A stretch of DNA of 64,000 bases from Candidatus Sulfobium sp. (GCA_037380845.1 JARRRI010000009.1:32001-96000); one strand, 5' to 3'. Numbered from the stretch's first letter, positions 1-9,786 are shown. Made by a program: numbers and translations. The notes: a model not told the origin generated them from the sequence alone.

Positions 1-1029
1 ACCGAATGCCTGATATTGCACGAGCTTTACAAGCGACTTGGAGAAACCGAAAGTGCGGACAAAATAATAGGTGAGGCCTTTGACATATGCCCCGATGACC
101 CCAGACTGGCGGGCAGGGGTCAGGGTCCGGCCCCGGAACCATCTCCGGCTCCTGTCGCGGCCGGCGCGGAGGAAGCGGCTCCGGATGCGGCGCCCTCAGC
201 AGAGAATTATGAAGAAGAGCTTGCAGAAGCCGATTTTTATGCCAGTCAGGGACTGACGGCGGAAGCGGAGAACGTTCTCGAAAGACTGAAAGGCCTCTAC
301 CCTGACGACAAGAATATCGAGGAAAGGCTCTCCAGGCTCGCCCGGCTTAACGAACTGAAAGATGCGGAGGAGCCGGCCGGAGCCGGAGAAATCCCTGATG
401 TCCCTTCCGCGGATGCGACAACCGAACCGGGTGATGAAGCGCACGGACAGCAGGACCGGCAACTGCACCATCCGGACTATGAAGATCTGGCCATCACCGA
501 CCAGGACCTCGTGGACGCCCAGGAGGTGCCGGAGCCGACGATTGATGACGATGTGATGGACATCTTCCAGGAGTTCAAAAAGGGACTCGAACAGGAACTT
601 GAGGAAGACGACTCCGAAACTCATTACAATCTCGGCATAGCTTACAAGGAAATGGGGCTCGTAGACGACGCCATAAAAGAATTCCAGTTGTCGAGGAACG
701 ACGCGAAGCGCTTCATACAGTCTTCTACGATGCTCGGCGTCTGCTACATGGAAAAATCTCTCTATCCTCTGGCAATAGAAACTCTGCAGAATGTTATCGG
801 GTCGGTCACGCAGGAGGAGGAATCCTACTGGCCCATAAAATACGACCTTGCCTCGGCTTATGAAAAGAACGGTCAACTGAGTGAGGCCCTTGCCTTATAT
901 ACGGAGGTCTATGGGTGGGACGCCGGTTTCAGGGACGTTTCCCAAAAGATAAATGATATCAAGACCCGTCTCGGCGAACAGGACACGGAAAAGCCGAAAG
1001 AGAAAAAGAACAGGGTGTCATATCTCTGA
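1..1029 (+). CDS. Tetratricopeptide repeat protein, C-terminal part (5' truncated by window); possibly pilus/motility associated
   Basis: Frame open from base 1; acidic linker then TPR motifs (ETHYNLGIAYKEMGLVDDAIKEF, YDLASAYEKNG); stop overlaps next ATG. Confidence 0.8.
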   Translation, partial: TECLILHELYKRLGETESADKIIGEAFDICPDDPRLAGRGQGPAPEPSPAPVAAGAEEAAPDAAPSAENYEEELAEADFYASQGLTAEAENVLERLKGLYPDDKNIEERLSRLARLNELKDAEEPAGAGEIPDVPSADATTEPGDEAHGQQDRQLHHPDYEDLAITDQDLVDAQEVPEPTIDDDVMDIFQEFKKGLEQELEEDDSETHYNLGIAYKEMGLVDDAIKEFQLSRNDAKRFIQSSTMLGVCYMEKSLYPLAIETLQNVIGSVTQEEESYWPIKYDLASAYEKNGQLSEALALYTEVYGWDAGFRDVSQKINDIKTRLGEQDTEKPKEKKNRVSYL

Positions 1030-1844
1030 TGGACTATCTGGAATATTATCAACTCGGCGAGCACCCGTTTTCGAATGTCGTAGACAGCAGGTTCTTTTAC
1101 AACAACCCGCAGCAGTCTGATGCAGTCACGAAACTGAAATACGCGGTCGATACCAAGAAGGGGCTCGCCGTCGTAATCGGCAATATAGGTGCCGGAAAGA
1201 CCACCCTGGCGAGAAGGCTACTGGAAAAACTGGATGAAGAAAGCTATGAAGCCGCGCTGCTCGTCATCATCCATTCCTCGGTCAGTTCCGAGTGGCTCCT
1301 CAAAAAGTTTTCGATGCAACTCGGCGTAACCAGCACGAGCAGCGACAAGATAGTGCTTCTCGGCGAGATTTACAAGAGGCTCAACGAGATCGAAGAACAG
1401 GGCAAGAAGGCGGTGGTTCTGATGGATGAAGTGCAGATGCTCAATTCCAGGGAGATCATGGAGGAATTCAGGGGTTTGCTGAACATGGAGAGCCCGGGCG
1501 GCAAAATGGTCAACTTCATTTTTTTCGGCCTGCCGGAGCTCGACCGTGTGCTTTCTCTTGATGAGCCGCTCAAACAGAGGGTTGCGGTGAGGATAAAGTT
1601 GCAGGCGTTTTCGGAGGATAATACCCGCGATTATATAAGACACAGGCTCAGAGTCGCGGGCTGTGAACGGGATATTTTCGAAGAGACGGCCATCAACCGG
1701 ATCTATCATTACTCCCAGGGCAGTCCCCGGCTCATAAACACTATCTGTGACAACGCCCTCCTGGAGGGCTTTCTCTTCAAGAAGACCGTCATTGACGAAA
1801 CGGTGGTCAAGACCGTTGCCGTCGACCTGGGTCTGGAAGACTGA
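1029..1844 (+). CDS. ExeA/GspA-family AAA ATPase
   Basis: Walker A GNIGAGKTT, Walker B VVLMDEVQ, G-x-PRLIN motif, N-terminal YQLGEHPF. Confidence 0.85.
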   Translation: MDYLEYYQLGEHPFSNVVDSRFFYNNPQQSDAVTKLKYAVDTKKGLAVVIGNIGAGKTTLARRLLEKLDEESYEAALLVIIHSSVSSEWLLKKFSMQLGVTSTSSDKIVLLGEIYKRLNEIEEQGKKAVVLMDEVQMLNSREIMEEFRGLLNMESPGGKMVNFIFFGLPELDRVLSLDEPLKQRVAVRIKLQAFSEDNTRDYIRHRLRVAGCERDIFEETAINRIYHYSQGSPRLINTICDNALLEGFLFKKTVIDETVVKTVAVDLGLED

Positions 1845-1858
1845 CCCGGTCTTTTTTC

Positions 1859-2503
1859 TCATTGGGAATGCAAATGCTGAGGGGAAGACCTTTGAAATGA
1901 CTTGCGGCTCACGGAAAGGGTCGCCGTATATTCCCTGTATTCGATTTTGATCTGTGACTGAAACCAGACATCGCCGTCTCTCCGGGGGCGGTCGTAACGA
2001 ATATAGATATCCCGGACATTATCGAGACGTATATTCTGCATGACCGGCAGGAAAGTCTTCCTGTCGACCCAGACCGTCCGCCATCTGTTTGCCAGTATAT
2101 AATAACCGTCCCCTTCGGAGAGGGTATAATCCCTCACGTCCCACCAGAAGAAACAGTCCCTCAGTCCTTCCGTGAGAATAAAATAATCGCCCGGATCGAT
2201 GGGGTGAGAACTCTCTACGTGGCCGTCCTTCGACGACAGTTTCATGGCAAGAAATCCCAGAGAATAAAGGCGCAGGCTCATGTCTCCGTCTTTTGCCAGG
2301 TCGAGGGCGGCGTCTCCCTCCCTCTCCCTGCCGTCCTTCAGAAAGGCTATTGAAAATCGCGTCCTGACTTCTGAAACATCCTGCAGCCCGGAGAGGACCT
2401 GCCGGAAGGTCTTCCCCTCATAAGAAGGCATCTCAACCTTTAGAGGGGCACATGAAGCCAGCAGGATACTGCTAGCCAAGAAGAGCTTCAAGACATGCTT
2501 CAA
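1859..2503 (-). CDS. Hypothetical lipoprotein (possibly LolB-like)
   Basis: Lipobox LASC after a hydrophobic stretch; probable TTG start overlapping the radA end; start uncertain. Confidence 0.6.
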   Translation of the reverse strand: MKHVLKLFLASSILLASCAPLKVEMPSYEGKTFRQVLSGLQDVSEVRTRFSIAFLKDGREREGDAALDLAKDGDMSLRLYSLGFLAMKLSSKDGHVESSHPIDPGDYFILTEGLRDCFFWWDVRDYTLSEGDGYYILANRWRTVWVDRKTFLPVMQNIRLDNVRDIYIRYDRPRRDGDVWFQSQIKIEYREYTATLSVSRKSFQRSSPQHLHSQ

Positions 2504-3836
2504 TATCTCCCACCCCCACCACTTCCAGGCCGTGGTCGTCGATAATCTTTTCGGCATTTCCGGCAGGAATGACGGCCTTCCTGAACCCTATCTTCGCCGC
2601 CTCTCTGAGTCTTGCTTCAGCCTGGGCTACTCCTCTCACCTCGCCCGAAAGACCCACCTCGCCGAAAACGAAGCAGTCCGCCGGAACAGGGATCTCCCGA
2701 AGAGATGACGATACCGTGCTGATTATGCCGAGGTCTGCGGCCGGCTCAGGGATCTTCAGGCCGCCGACGACATTCACAAACACGTCCATTCCCCCGAGAT
2801 GCATTCCTGCTCTCTTTTCCAGGACGGCTATGAGCAGGTTCACCCTGTTAAAATCCACTCCGATAGCCGTTCTTCTGGGCATACCGAAGTTCGACTGTGA
2901 AACAAGGGCCTGTATCTCGATCATGAGGGGCCGCGTACCCTCGAGGCTCGCGACTACCGTGGAACCTGAAACGTTGCCCGGCCGCTCCGACAGAAACAGC
3001 TCCGAGGGGTTGTCGACCTCCCTCAGTCCCGCGTCGGACATCTCGAATACCCCGATCTCGTTTGTCGAACCGAAACGGTTCTTTATCGTCCTCAGGATCC
3101 TGAAGGAATGTCCCCTGTCGCCCTCGAAGTAGAGGACGGTATCGACTATGTGTTCCAGCACCCGGGGGCCGGCAATGGCCCCTTCCTTCGTGACGTGGCC
3201 CACGATGAATACCGGAATGCCGGAACGCTTGGCAACCATCATCAACCTTCCTGCGCATTCCCTGACTTGTCCTACTGAACCGGGCGCTGACGACATCTCC
3301 CGGGTAAAAACAGTCTGTATAGAATCCACCACCATGGCATCGGGAGTCATCCCGGCGGCGGCCTCCAGTATCCCTTCCAGGGAGGTTTCCGCCAGTAAAT
3401 AGATAGTCCCGGAACCGACCGAGAGCCTGTCCGCCCTCATCTTTATCTGCTGAGCAGACTCCTCACCGGAAACGTAGAGCAGCCTGCCCGACTTCCGGGC
3501 CAAGCCAGAAAAGGCCTGAAGCAGAAGCGTCGACTTTCCTATGCCGGGGTCTCCTCCCACAAGGACAACGCAGCCGGGGACGACGCCACCGCCCAGCACC
3601 CTGTCAAACTCCCTCAGACCGGTAAGGGTTCTGCCTTCAGACATTCCCCGGAGCATGTCCAGAGCAACGGGTTCGGACTTCGAAGAGGGGCGGAGGTCCC
3701 CCTGCCGGGAACCGGCAAAGGATCTTTCTTCTGCAAAGCTGTTCCATTTCCCGCAGTCCGGACACTTCCCAAGCCACTTCGCACTCGAATAGCCGCAGGA
3801 CTGGCACTGATAAAACGTCTTGTCGGTCTTCGCCAT
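2472..3836 (-). CDS. radA: DNA repair protein RadA/Sms
   Basis: CxxC...CxxC zinc finger, GDPGIGKST, KNRFG motif, Lon-like C-terminus. Confidence 0.97.
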   Translation of the reverse strand: MAKTDKTFYQCQSCGYSSAKWLGKCPDCGKWNSFAEERSFAGSRQGDLRPSSKSEPVALDMLRGMSEGRTLTGLREFDRVLGGGVVPGCVVLVGGDPGIGKSTLLLQAFSGLARKSGRLLYVSGEESAQQIKMRADRLSVGSGTIYLLAETSLEGILEAAAGMTPDAMVVDSIQTVFTREMSSAPGSVGQVRECAGRLMMVAKRSGIPVFIVGHVTKEGAIAGPRVLEHIVDTVLYFEGDRGHSFRILRTIKNRFGSTNEIGVFEMSDAGLREVDNPSELFLSERPGNVSGSTVVASLEGTRPLMIEIQALVSQSNFGMPRRTAIGVDFNRVNLLIAVLEKRAGMHLGGMDVFVNVVGGLKIPEPAADLGIISTVSSSLREIPVPADCFVFGEVGLSGEVRGVAQAEARLREAAKIGFRKAVIPAGNAEKIIDDHGLEVVGVGDIEACLEALLG

Positions 3837-3885
3837 TTACTCACCTCTTATGACGGCAAAGGCGGGCATGCCTCGCCCCCTTTTG

Positions 3886-4647
3886 TCATATATCCAGCAA
3901 TTTCATCCCTGTGTCTGAACCGAACGATTTTCTTATCGCGCGCTTCACGAATCTCTTCGCCAGCATGGCCGCCTCCGCTAAATCATGCCCGCGTGCCAGC
4001 AGAGCGGCGAGGGCAGCAGAAAAGGCACATCCGGTGCCGTGGAACTCACCCGGCAGTTTACTCCCCCCCAAATAATGAAAGTCACCATCGTATACCACGT
4101 CAACGGCCTTTTTTTCAAGATGGCCCCCCGTTATGACTACGCCCGCGGCTCCGCATTTCTTCAGAAAGACCGCAGCCGATTCCATATCGCTCAACGTATT
4201 TACGGATATACCACTCAGCACGGACGCTTCGAAGATATTGGGCGTCACAACGGAACAGAGCGGCAACAGCTTACTCCTGACCACGCCTGGTGTGTCCCTG
4301 TGAGCCAGCCTCCGGCCCGTCGAAGAGAGGATGACCGGGTCTACAACCAGATTTCCGAGAGAAAATTTTTTCACCATCCTGCAGACTGTTTCCACATTTT
4401 CCTTGCTATAAAGCATGCCGGTTTTAACGGCATGGGGCGTAAACTCCGAAAGGAGCACGGCAAGCTGCTCCCTCACGTAACCGGCTGTCACCGGCATAAC
4501 GCTCTTCACTCCGCTGGAATTCTGTGCAGTAAGTGCAGCGGCCGCGGAAAGGCCGTATACGCCGAGCCGTTGAAACACCTTGAGGTCCGCCTGCAGCCCC
4601 GCACCCCCGGACGGATCAAAGCCCGCAATCGTCAGCACTTGTATCAT
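3886..4647 (-). CDS. thiD: HMP/HMP-P kinase
   Basis: LTIAGFDPSGGAGLQADLK, VVDPV, HGTGC motifs. Confidence 0.95.
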   Translation of the reverse strand: MIQVLTIAGFDPSGGAGLQADLKVFQRLGVYGLSAAAALTAQNSSGVKSVMPVTAGYVREQLAVLLSEFTPHAVKTGMLYSKENVETVCRMVKKFSLGNLVVDPVILSSTGRRLAHRDTPGVVRSKLLPLCSVVTPNIFEASVLSGISVNTLSDMESAAVFLKKCGAAGVVITGGHLEKKAVDVVYDGDFHYLGGSKLPGEFHGTGCAFSAALAALLARGHDLAEAAMLAKRFVKRAIRKSFGSDTGMKLLDI

Positions 4648-4652
4648 CCCTG

Positions 4653-4682
4653 ATTATAACCCTGTCGAAAAGTGATAAACAA
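4653..4682 (-). promoter_or_regulatory. Sigma70-type promoter of thiD (probably leaderless)
   Basis: TTGTTT-18 nt-TATAAT, then 5 nt to ATG. Confidence 0.6.
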
Positions 4683-4774
4683 GATCGGCGGCAAGGGAGC
4701 CCCCGGCCTCAGATGAATAATTCACCGGCCTGTTTCGGCGGGACAGCAAAAAGACTCGCCCCTACAATTTTTTA

Positions 4775-4803
4775 TTGACAGAAGGCAAAGAAAGTTATAA
4801 TAT
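4775..4803 (+). promoter_or_regulatory. Sigma70-type promoter of the small lipoprotein gene
   Basis: TTGACA-17 nt-TAATAT (overlapping TATAAT) in AT-rich DNA. Confidence 0.7.
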
Positions 4804-4879
4804 TCTGAATAGATTTAATGTCTAAGAGGATATTTACGTCCATTCGTATAATCCATGGTGAAAGGAGGTGTGTGAGGTA

Positions 4880-5128
4880 ATGAAAAAATTCTTGGCCATA
4901 TTGGTCAGCCTGCTTCTCGTTTTATCATTTACGCTTTTGGTAGGCTGCAAGAAGAAGGAAGAGGCCCCGGCCCCGGCTACGACTGAACAGTCTCCGGCTC
5001 CGGAACAGTCTCCCGCGACTGAAATGTCTCCGGCCCCGACTGCGGAACAGTCCCCGGCTAATGAAATGGCTCCTGAGAAGGCTGCTCCTGAGAAGTCACC
5101 CGAGCAGAAGAGCACCGGCGGCTACTAA
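4880..5128 (+). CDS. Small Pro/Ala/Glu-rich repetitive lipoprotein
   Basis: AAGGAGG/GAGG upstream; MKK signal peptide with lipobox LVGC; EQSPA repeats; own promoter and terminator. Confidence 0.8.
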   Translation: MKKFLAILVSLLLVLSFTLLVGCKKKEEAPAPATTEQSPAPEQSPATEMSPAPTAEQSPANEMAPEKAAPEKSPEQKSTGGY

Positions 5129-5160
5129 GAGCAATACAGAGATTGGCAAGATACACCAGG

Positions 5161-5188
5161 GAGGACCCTTTCCGGGTCCTCTTTTTTT
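5161..5188 (+). terminator. Rho-independent terminator
   Basis: GAGGACCC-TTTCC-GGGTCCTC followed by T7. Confidence 0.9.
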
Positions 5189-5403
5189 ATCTTAAAGTTC
5201 AAAACTTTCCAGAAAATCCGGAACGCGCTACAAAAAAATGATTTCCGGTGACACCCTGTGATCCTATGGAGGCCGGCCAGCCTTATTGAGAAGAGTTACC
5301 AGGTGTTGAGTCTTCGTTTATGTTAAAGATAAATAAAAGAGTGCCGTCATTTTAAGACTTTTTCGGGGCCCCTCCCGGGCTGTTTTTTTGCGACAGTCAG
5401 GGT

Positions 5404-6051
5404 TTACACATCTCCACTGCCGAACATCAAAAGAAAATCCCGGTAAACTTCCTCAGCCGTGGAAAAAGCGCCCACCTTGACCCTGAAAATACTTTTGCCG
5501 GCTCCTGCGTAATACTCTATGAGAGGTTCAGTACGGCCGCGGAAAATTTCAAGCTTTTTCATCACCAGTTCAACGCCGTCATCGTCTCTTTCCGTTCTGT
5601 CGCCGCCCGTATTCCGGCGGAGCCTCCGGTGGACATCTTCGGGCGTACAATCAAGGACAATGAGGCCCCGGATGTCGACATGGTCGTCCATGTCTTCTGC
5701 CTGACCCAAGTGCCGGGGCAGGCCGTTCAACACCATGACGTCCTCCTGCCTGAAACCTCTGCTCCGGGCGAAGGCCTCGAGTATCTTCAATGCTATGTGG
5801 AAATGCTCGTTTTCGAGGAGCAGCCCGTGAGTAAGGACTTTCATGATGAACGAATGCTCCTCACGGTGAAAACCGGCCGGCGGAAGGTCGCTGCCCGCGA
5901 CGATCCTGAGCTGCCGGCCAAAATCAAAATGGATGCACCTCTTCCCTCCGAGACCTTTCTTCTCAAGGCAGTCGCCGAAAGGTGTCTTGCCCGCTCCCGT
6001 CGGCCCTATGAGGAGGAAAGAGGCCGGCCTTTCATGCAATGACTTCGCCAT
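5404..6051 (-). CDS. Divergent adenylate-kinase-family nucleoside monophosphate kinase
   Basis: P-loop GPTGAGKT, LNGLPR (canonical LDGFPR), RxDD; starts 6 nt after thiC stop. Confidence 0.75.
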   Translation of the reverse strand: MAKSLHERPASFLLIGPTGAGKTPFGDCLEKKGLGGKRCIHFDFGRQLRIVAGSDLPPAGFHREEHSFIMKVLTHGLLLENEHFHIALKILEAFARSRGFRQEDVMVLNGLPRHLGQAEDMDDHVDIRGLIVLDCTPEDVHRRLRRNTGGDRTERDDDGVELVMKKLEIFRGRTEPLIEYYAGAGKSIFRVKVGAFSTAEEVYRDFLLMFGSGDV

Positions 6052-6057
6052 CGGAGG

Positions 6058-7341
6058 TTACAGTTTCTTCAAAGCCCTTTCAACGGTCCTGATGGCGCAG
6101 AACTCCCCGCACATGCTGCATACCTCGGTTTCCATCGGCGGCGTTTCCGCCCTCAACGCGCGGACCTTCTCAGGATTAAGGCTCAGTGCTATCTGGCCGT
6201 TCCAGTCGAGGGCCTTCCTGCACTTCGCCATCTCAACATCTTTGTGCAGTGCCCCGTTGACACCCTTGGCTATGTCCGCCGCATGGGCCGCAAGCCGGGA
6301 CGCTATCACGCCTTCCTTCACGTCCTCCAGAGTCGGCAGCCGGATGTGCTCGGAAGGGGTAACGTAGCAGAGAAAATCAGCCCCCGCAGCCCCGGCCACA
6401 GCACCCCCTATCGCCGCCGAGATATGATCGTACCCCATCCCTATGTCGGTGACCAGAGGACCCAGCACATAAAAAGGAGCCCCCTTGCAGATCTCCTTCT
6501 CGATCTTCACGTTCATCTCCACCTGGTTGAGCGGCACGTGACCAGGGCCCTCTATGATAACCTGAACGTCGCTTTCGACTGCACGGTCTCTGAGTTCGCC
6601 CAGTGTCAGCAATTCTTCGAGCTGGGTCCTGTCTGTCGCATCGACAAGACAGCCGGGACGCATGCCGTCACCAAGGCTCAGGGTCATATCATATCGGTGC
6701 GCAATCTCGATCAGACGATCGAACTGCTCGTAGAGCGGGTTTTCGCTCTCGTTGTAAATCATCCATTCAACCAGAAAAGACCCTCCCCTGCTGACGACGT
6801 CGAGAACCCTTCCCTCGTTTCTCAAACGTTCCACGGCCTTCATCGTCAGCCCCGAATGGACAGTCACGAAGTCGACCCCCTCGGCGCCGTGTTCCTCAAT
6901 AACTCCGAAGAGATCCTCGGCTGTCATTTTCGATATCATCTCTTTCCGTTCAACGGTGCGCACCGCCGCTTCGTAAATCGGCACCGTGCCCACTGCCACG
7001 GGCGATCTTTCAAGCATCATGCCGCGGAGTTCCCGAATCGGGCCGCCGGTCGAAAGGTCCATAACAGCGTCAGCGCCGTACCTGACCAGCGCATCCAGCT
7101 TCTCTCTTTCCTCTTCTACCGAAATCTTGTCCTTCGACGTGCCGATGTTCGCGTTTATTTTGGTGCGAAGGTTCCTTCCTATTCCCAGCGGGGTAATCTT
7201 CCGGACCCTGTTCACCGGGATCACGGTAACGCCGGCCGCGATATCCCGGGAAATCCCTTCGGCGGAAACTCCTTCCGCGACGGCGACGGATTTCACCTCT
7301 TCGGTGATAATCCCCTTTTTTGCCAATGCCATTCTAGTCAT
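6058..7341 (-). CDS. thiC: Phosphomethylpyrimidine synthase
   Basis: KINANIG, SRGGS, EGPGH, CSMCGEFC. Confidence 0.97.
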   Translation of the reverse strand: MTRMALAKKGIITEEVKSVAVAEGVSAEGISRDIAAGVTVIPVNRVRKITPLGIGRNLRTKINANIGTSKDKISVEEEREKLDALVRYGADAVMDLSTGGPIRELRGMMLERSPVAVGTVPIYEAAVRTVERKEMISKMTAEDLFGVIEEHGAEGVDFVTVHSGLTMKAVERLRNEGRVLDVVSRGGSFLVEWMIYNESENPLYEQFDRLIEIAHRYDMTLSLGDGMRPGCLVDATDRTQLEELLTLGELRDRAVESDVQVIIEGPGHVPLNQVEMNVKIEKEICKGAPFYVLGPLVTDIGMGYDHISAAIGGAVAGAAGADFLCYVTPSEHIRLPTLEDVKEGVIASRLAAHAADIAKGVNGALHKDVEMAKCRKALDWNGQIALSLNPEKVRALRAETPPMETEVCSMCGEFCAIRTVERALKKL

Positions 7342-7967
7342 TTGAGTAACCTCATTAAATCCTCTGTCTCTGTTTTTATATCTGCCGAGGCAAGTACTGC
7401 CGATATCAGTGCAACTCCGTGACTCTCAGCCTGCATTATCTCACGTACATTTGCTTTTGAAACCCCGCCAATCGCAAAAAAAGGGACCGATATCCGACCC
7501 GCCGCCGCCCTAATGACATCAACTCCCAGGGGCTTCCCATAACGGACCTTGGACGGCGTCTCAAATACCGGCCCAAGCGTAATGAAATCGGCTCCTTCCT
7601 TTTCTGCCTCTATCGCCTGCCCTATGCCGTGGGTCGAAACGCCGAGCAGCATGCGCCTCCCCACGGCCTTTCTCGCTGCAAAAACAGGCATGCCCCCCTC
7701 GCCGAGGTGCACGCCGTCTGCGTCAGCGGCGAGAGCAATGTCGACCCTGTCATTCACAAAGAGTTTCGCTCCGTAAGCAAGCGTCATCTCTCTCAACCGG
7801 TACGCCAGCTTCAGCAACTCTCTTATTTTCAGGTCCTTCTCCCTGAGCTGAAGGGCCCTTGCGCCCCCCTCCAATGCCTCCTCCACGGCACTCAAAAAGG
7901 ACGGCATGTCTCCAAAAAGCTTTCTGTCAGTTATCAGATATAACTTGAAGTCAACAGCTTCCTTCAT
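7338..7967 (-). CDS. thiE: Thiamine-phosphate synthase
   Basis: LYLITD, QLREK, NDRVD, GVHLG, TPSK, AIGG. Confidence 0.95.
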   Translation of the reverse strand: MKEAVDFKLYLITDRKLFGDMPSFLSAVEEALEGGARALQLREKDLKIRELLKLAYRLREMTLAYGAKLFVNDRVDIALAADADGVHLGEGGMPVFAARKAVGRRMLLGVSTHGIGQAIEAEKEGADFITLGPVFETPSKVRYGKPLGVDVIRAAAGRISVPFFAIGGVSKANVREIMQAESHGVALISAVLASADIKTETEDLMRLLK

Positions 7968-7995
7968 CTACTCTCTGCGGTAAGGGCCCGCATTT

Positions 7996-8565
7996 TCATA
8001 CTATGCTGTCAAACCAGATGAACATCATATTTTCCACAATAAATGTGATGACCATCAGAACCCACATTGACCTCTCTATGGCCTTCGTGCTGAAGAAGTT
8101 CAGCACCGCGAATACGATTATAAACCAGGCGGCTGAAACCCATTTGAGGCCCCACGGCGAAACCCACAGTGCGAGAAAGGAAATGTAAACTCCCATCAGC
8201 ACGAAAGGCACCCAAAGATAAATCCTTCGGGTCTCTTTCTTCTGCATCCTCCTGGCCCTCAGGGCCCCGAAAAGATAAACCTGCCACCACGCTCCCATAA
8301 AAAAGAAAAGGACGGCATATCTGTCGAGCCTTGCAAGCGGAAGTCCCTGCAAGGGAAAAGCCTTTGACTCCGTGGCCCAGATGGTAAATATAAAAAGGGC
8401 CGGAAACACCGCCAGGAAGATGAACCCCAAAAGGTCCAGCAGATAAAAACCCAGCGAGTTGTCGTCTTTCCCCGCTTTCTCCTCTTTCGCACACAGAAAG
8501 AACTCCATTCCCAGCATTACAGGCACGACCAGATAGGCCAATTGCTGATAGCGATAAGCCTCCAT
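7996..8565 (-). CDS. Hypothetical multi-pass membrane protein inside the thiamine operon
   Basis: GGAGG SD before ATG at 8565; 189 aa with about 6 hydrophobic segments; between thiG and thiE. Confidence 0.75.
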   Translation of the reverse strand: MEAYRYQQLAYLVVPVMLGMEFFLCAKEEKAGKDDNSLGFYLLDLLGFIFLAVFPALFIFTIWATESKAFPLQGLPLARLDRYAVLFFFMGAWWQVYLFGALRARRMQKKETRRIYLWVPFVLMGVYISFLALWVSPWGLKWVSAAWFIIVFAVLNFFSTKAIERSMWVLMVITFIVENMMFIWFDSIV

Positions 8566-8639
8566 CAAGTTACCTCCCCAGCAGTTGTTCTTTTTTATTT
8601 TATGACGCCTGCTTTCGCCGGCATCACCCAACTCCAGGT

Positions 8640-9443
8640 TTAAATCATTCCTTCAAATGGACTGCTCGCCGTAGCATACAACTTCTTCGGTATCCTGCCT
8701 GCGAGGAAGGCCTGCCTGCCTCCAATAACGGCATGCTTCATTGCCGAGGCCATGGCAACAGGGTCCCTCGCCCCGGCGATGCCGGTATTGACCAGCACGG
8801 CATCACAGCCCAACTCCATCGCAATCGCCGCGTCCGACGCCGTTCCCACACCGGCATCGACTATGACCGGGATCTTCACCGCGGTCTCTATGATTATTCT
8901 TATATTGTATGGATTGCGAATGCCAAGCCCCGAACCTATTGGTGCACCAAGCGGCATCACCGCTGCAGCGCCCGCATCCTCGAGACGCCTCGCCATGATG
9001 GGGTCATCATTGGTATACGGAAACACTATGAAGCCCTCCCCGGCAAGTATCTCCGTCGCCTTGAGAAGACCGAGGGTATCGGGGAAAAGCGTCCTCTCAT
9101 CGCCTATGACCTCCAGCTTCACGAGATCTGAAATCCCCGCTTCTCTTGCGAGCCTCGAATATCTGAGGGCGTCCTCTACGTTGTAGCATCCGGCCGTGTT
9201 GGGAAGGATCTTGTATTTCCGGGCGTCGATATAATCCAGAAGGTTTTCGGACTTCCTGTCGGTTATATTCACCCTCCTGACTGAGACGGTTATAACATCG
9301 GCCCCCGAGGCCTCTACCGCCCTTGCGGTCTCCTCAAAATCCTTATACTTGCCGGTCCCAACCCATAACCTCGATCGGAATTCCATATCCCTTATGACCA
9401 GTTTATCTTCCATCGGCATCTCCGTCATTATAAGCCCTTTCAC
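8640..9443 (-). CDS. thiG: Thiazole synthase
   Basis: [36 protein letters not shown]; exact start uncertain. Confidence 0.96.
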   Translation of the reverse strand: MKGLIMTEMPMEDKLVIRDMEFRSRLWVGTGKYKDFEETARAVEASGADVITVSVRRVNITDRKSENLLDYIDARKYKILPNTAGCYNVEDALRYSRLAREAGISDLVKLEVIGDERTLFPDTLGLLKATEILAGEGFIVFPYTNDDPIMARRLEDAGAAAVMPLGAPIGSGLGIRNPYNIRIIIETAVKIPVIVDAGVGTASDAAIAMELGCDAVLVNTGIAGARDPVAMASAMKHAVIGGRQAFLAGRIPKKLYATASSPFEGMI

Positions 9444-9640
9444 CCACCGCCCACAAAATTGACAATCTCGACCGTATCTCCTTCCTTCAACCTTACTCTC
9501 TCATATTCCGACTTTTTCACAATCGAAAGGTTCACCTCGACCGCAACTCCTGCCGGTTCGATCCCGAGTTCGCACAACAACTGCCTGACATTGGCAGCGT
9601 TCAAGGTTTCGATCGTGTCGCCGTTTACCTTCAGCCTCAT
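9440..9640 (-). CDS. thiS: Sulfur carrier protein ThiS
   Basis: 66 aa ending EIVNFVGGG. Confidence 0.95.
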   Translation of the reverse strand: MRLKVNGDTIETLNAANVRQLLCELGIEPAGVAVEVNLSIVKKSEYERVRLKEGDTVEIVNFVGGG

Positions 9641-9674
9641 AAAAACAAAAAACCGCATCCCTCCGGGATACGGT
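9641..9674 (-). terminator. Intrinsic terminator forming the TPP riboswitch expression platform
   Basis: ACCGTATCCC-GGA-GGGATGCGGT followed by TTTTTGTTTTT, directly before the thiS ATG. Confidence 0.85.
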
Positions 9675-9689
9675 CGCCTTATCATCCAG

Positions 9690-9786
9690 TTCCCAATTCC
9701 TACGCCGGTATTATCCGTATCAGGTTCAAGGGGTCTTTCCCTGACTAAGGGAAACTCTCAGGCCGTCTGCCTCCCCCAAGGGTCAG
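9690..9786 (-). ncRNA. TPP riboswitch aptamer
   Basis: Minus strand GGGG...CTGAGA...ACCCCTTGAACCTGATACGGATAATACCGGCGTAGGAA upstream of thiS. Confidence 0.95.

Noticed and set aside
4960..5110. Short DNA repeats as a possible CRISPR or tandem array
   Set aside because: Codon-phased repeats encoding EQSPA units; no constant repeat/unique spacer pattern and no cas genes.
6244..7422. Long antisense ORFs (also 28185-29342, 35827-36975, 50287-51357, 56083-56985, 59061-60440)
   Set aside because: Shadow frames of well-supported genes in GC-rich DNA, with no recognisable motifs.
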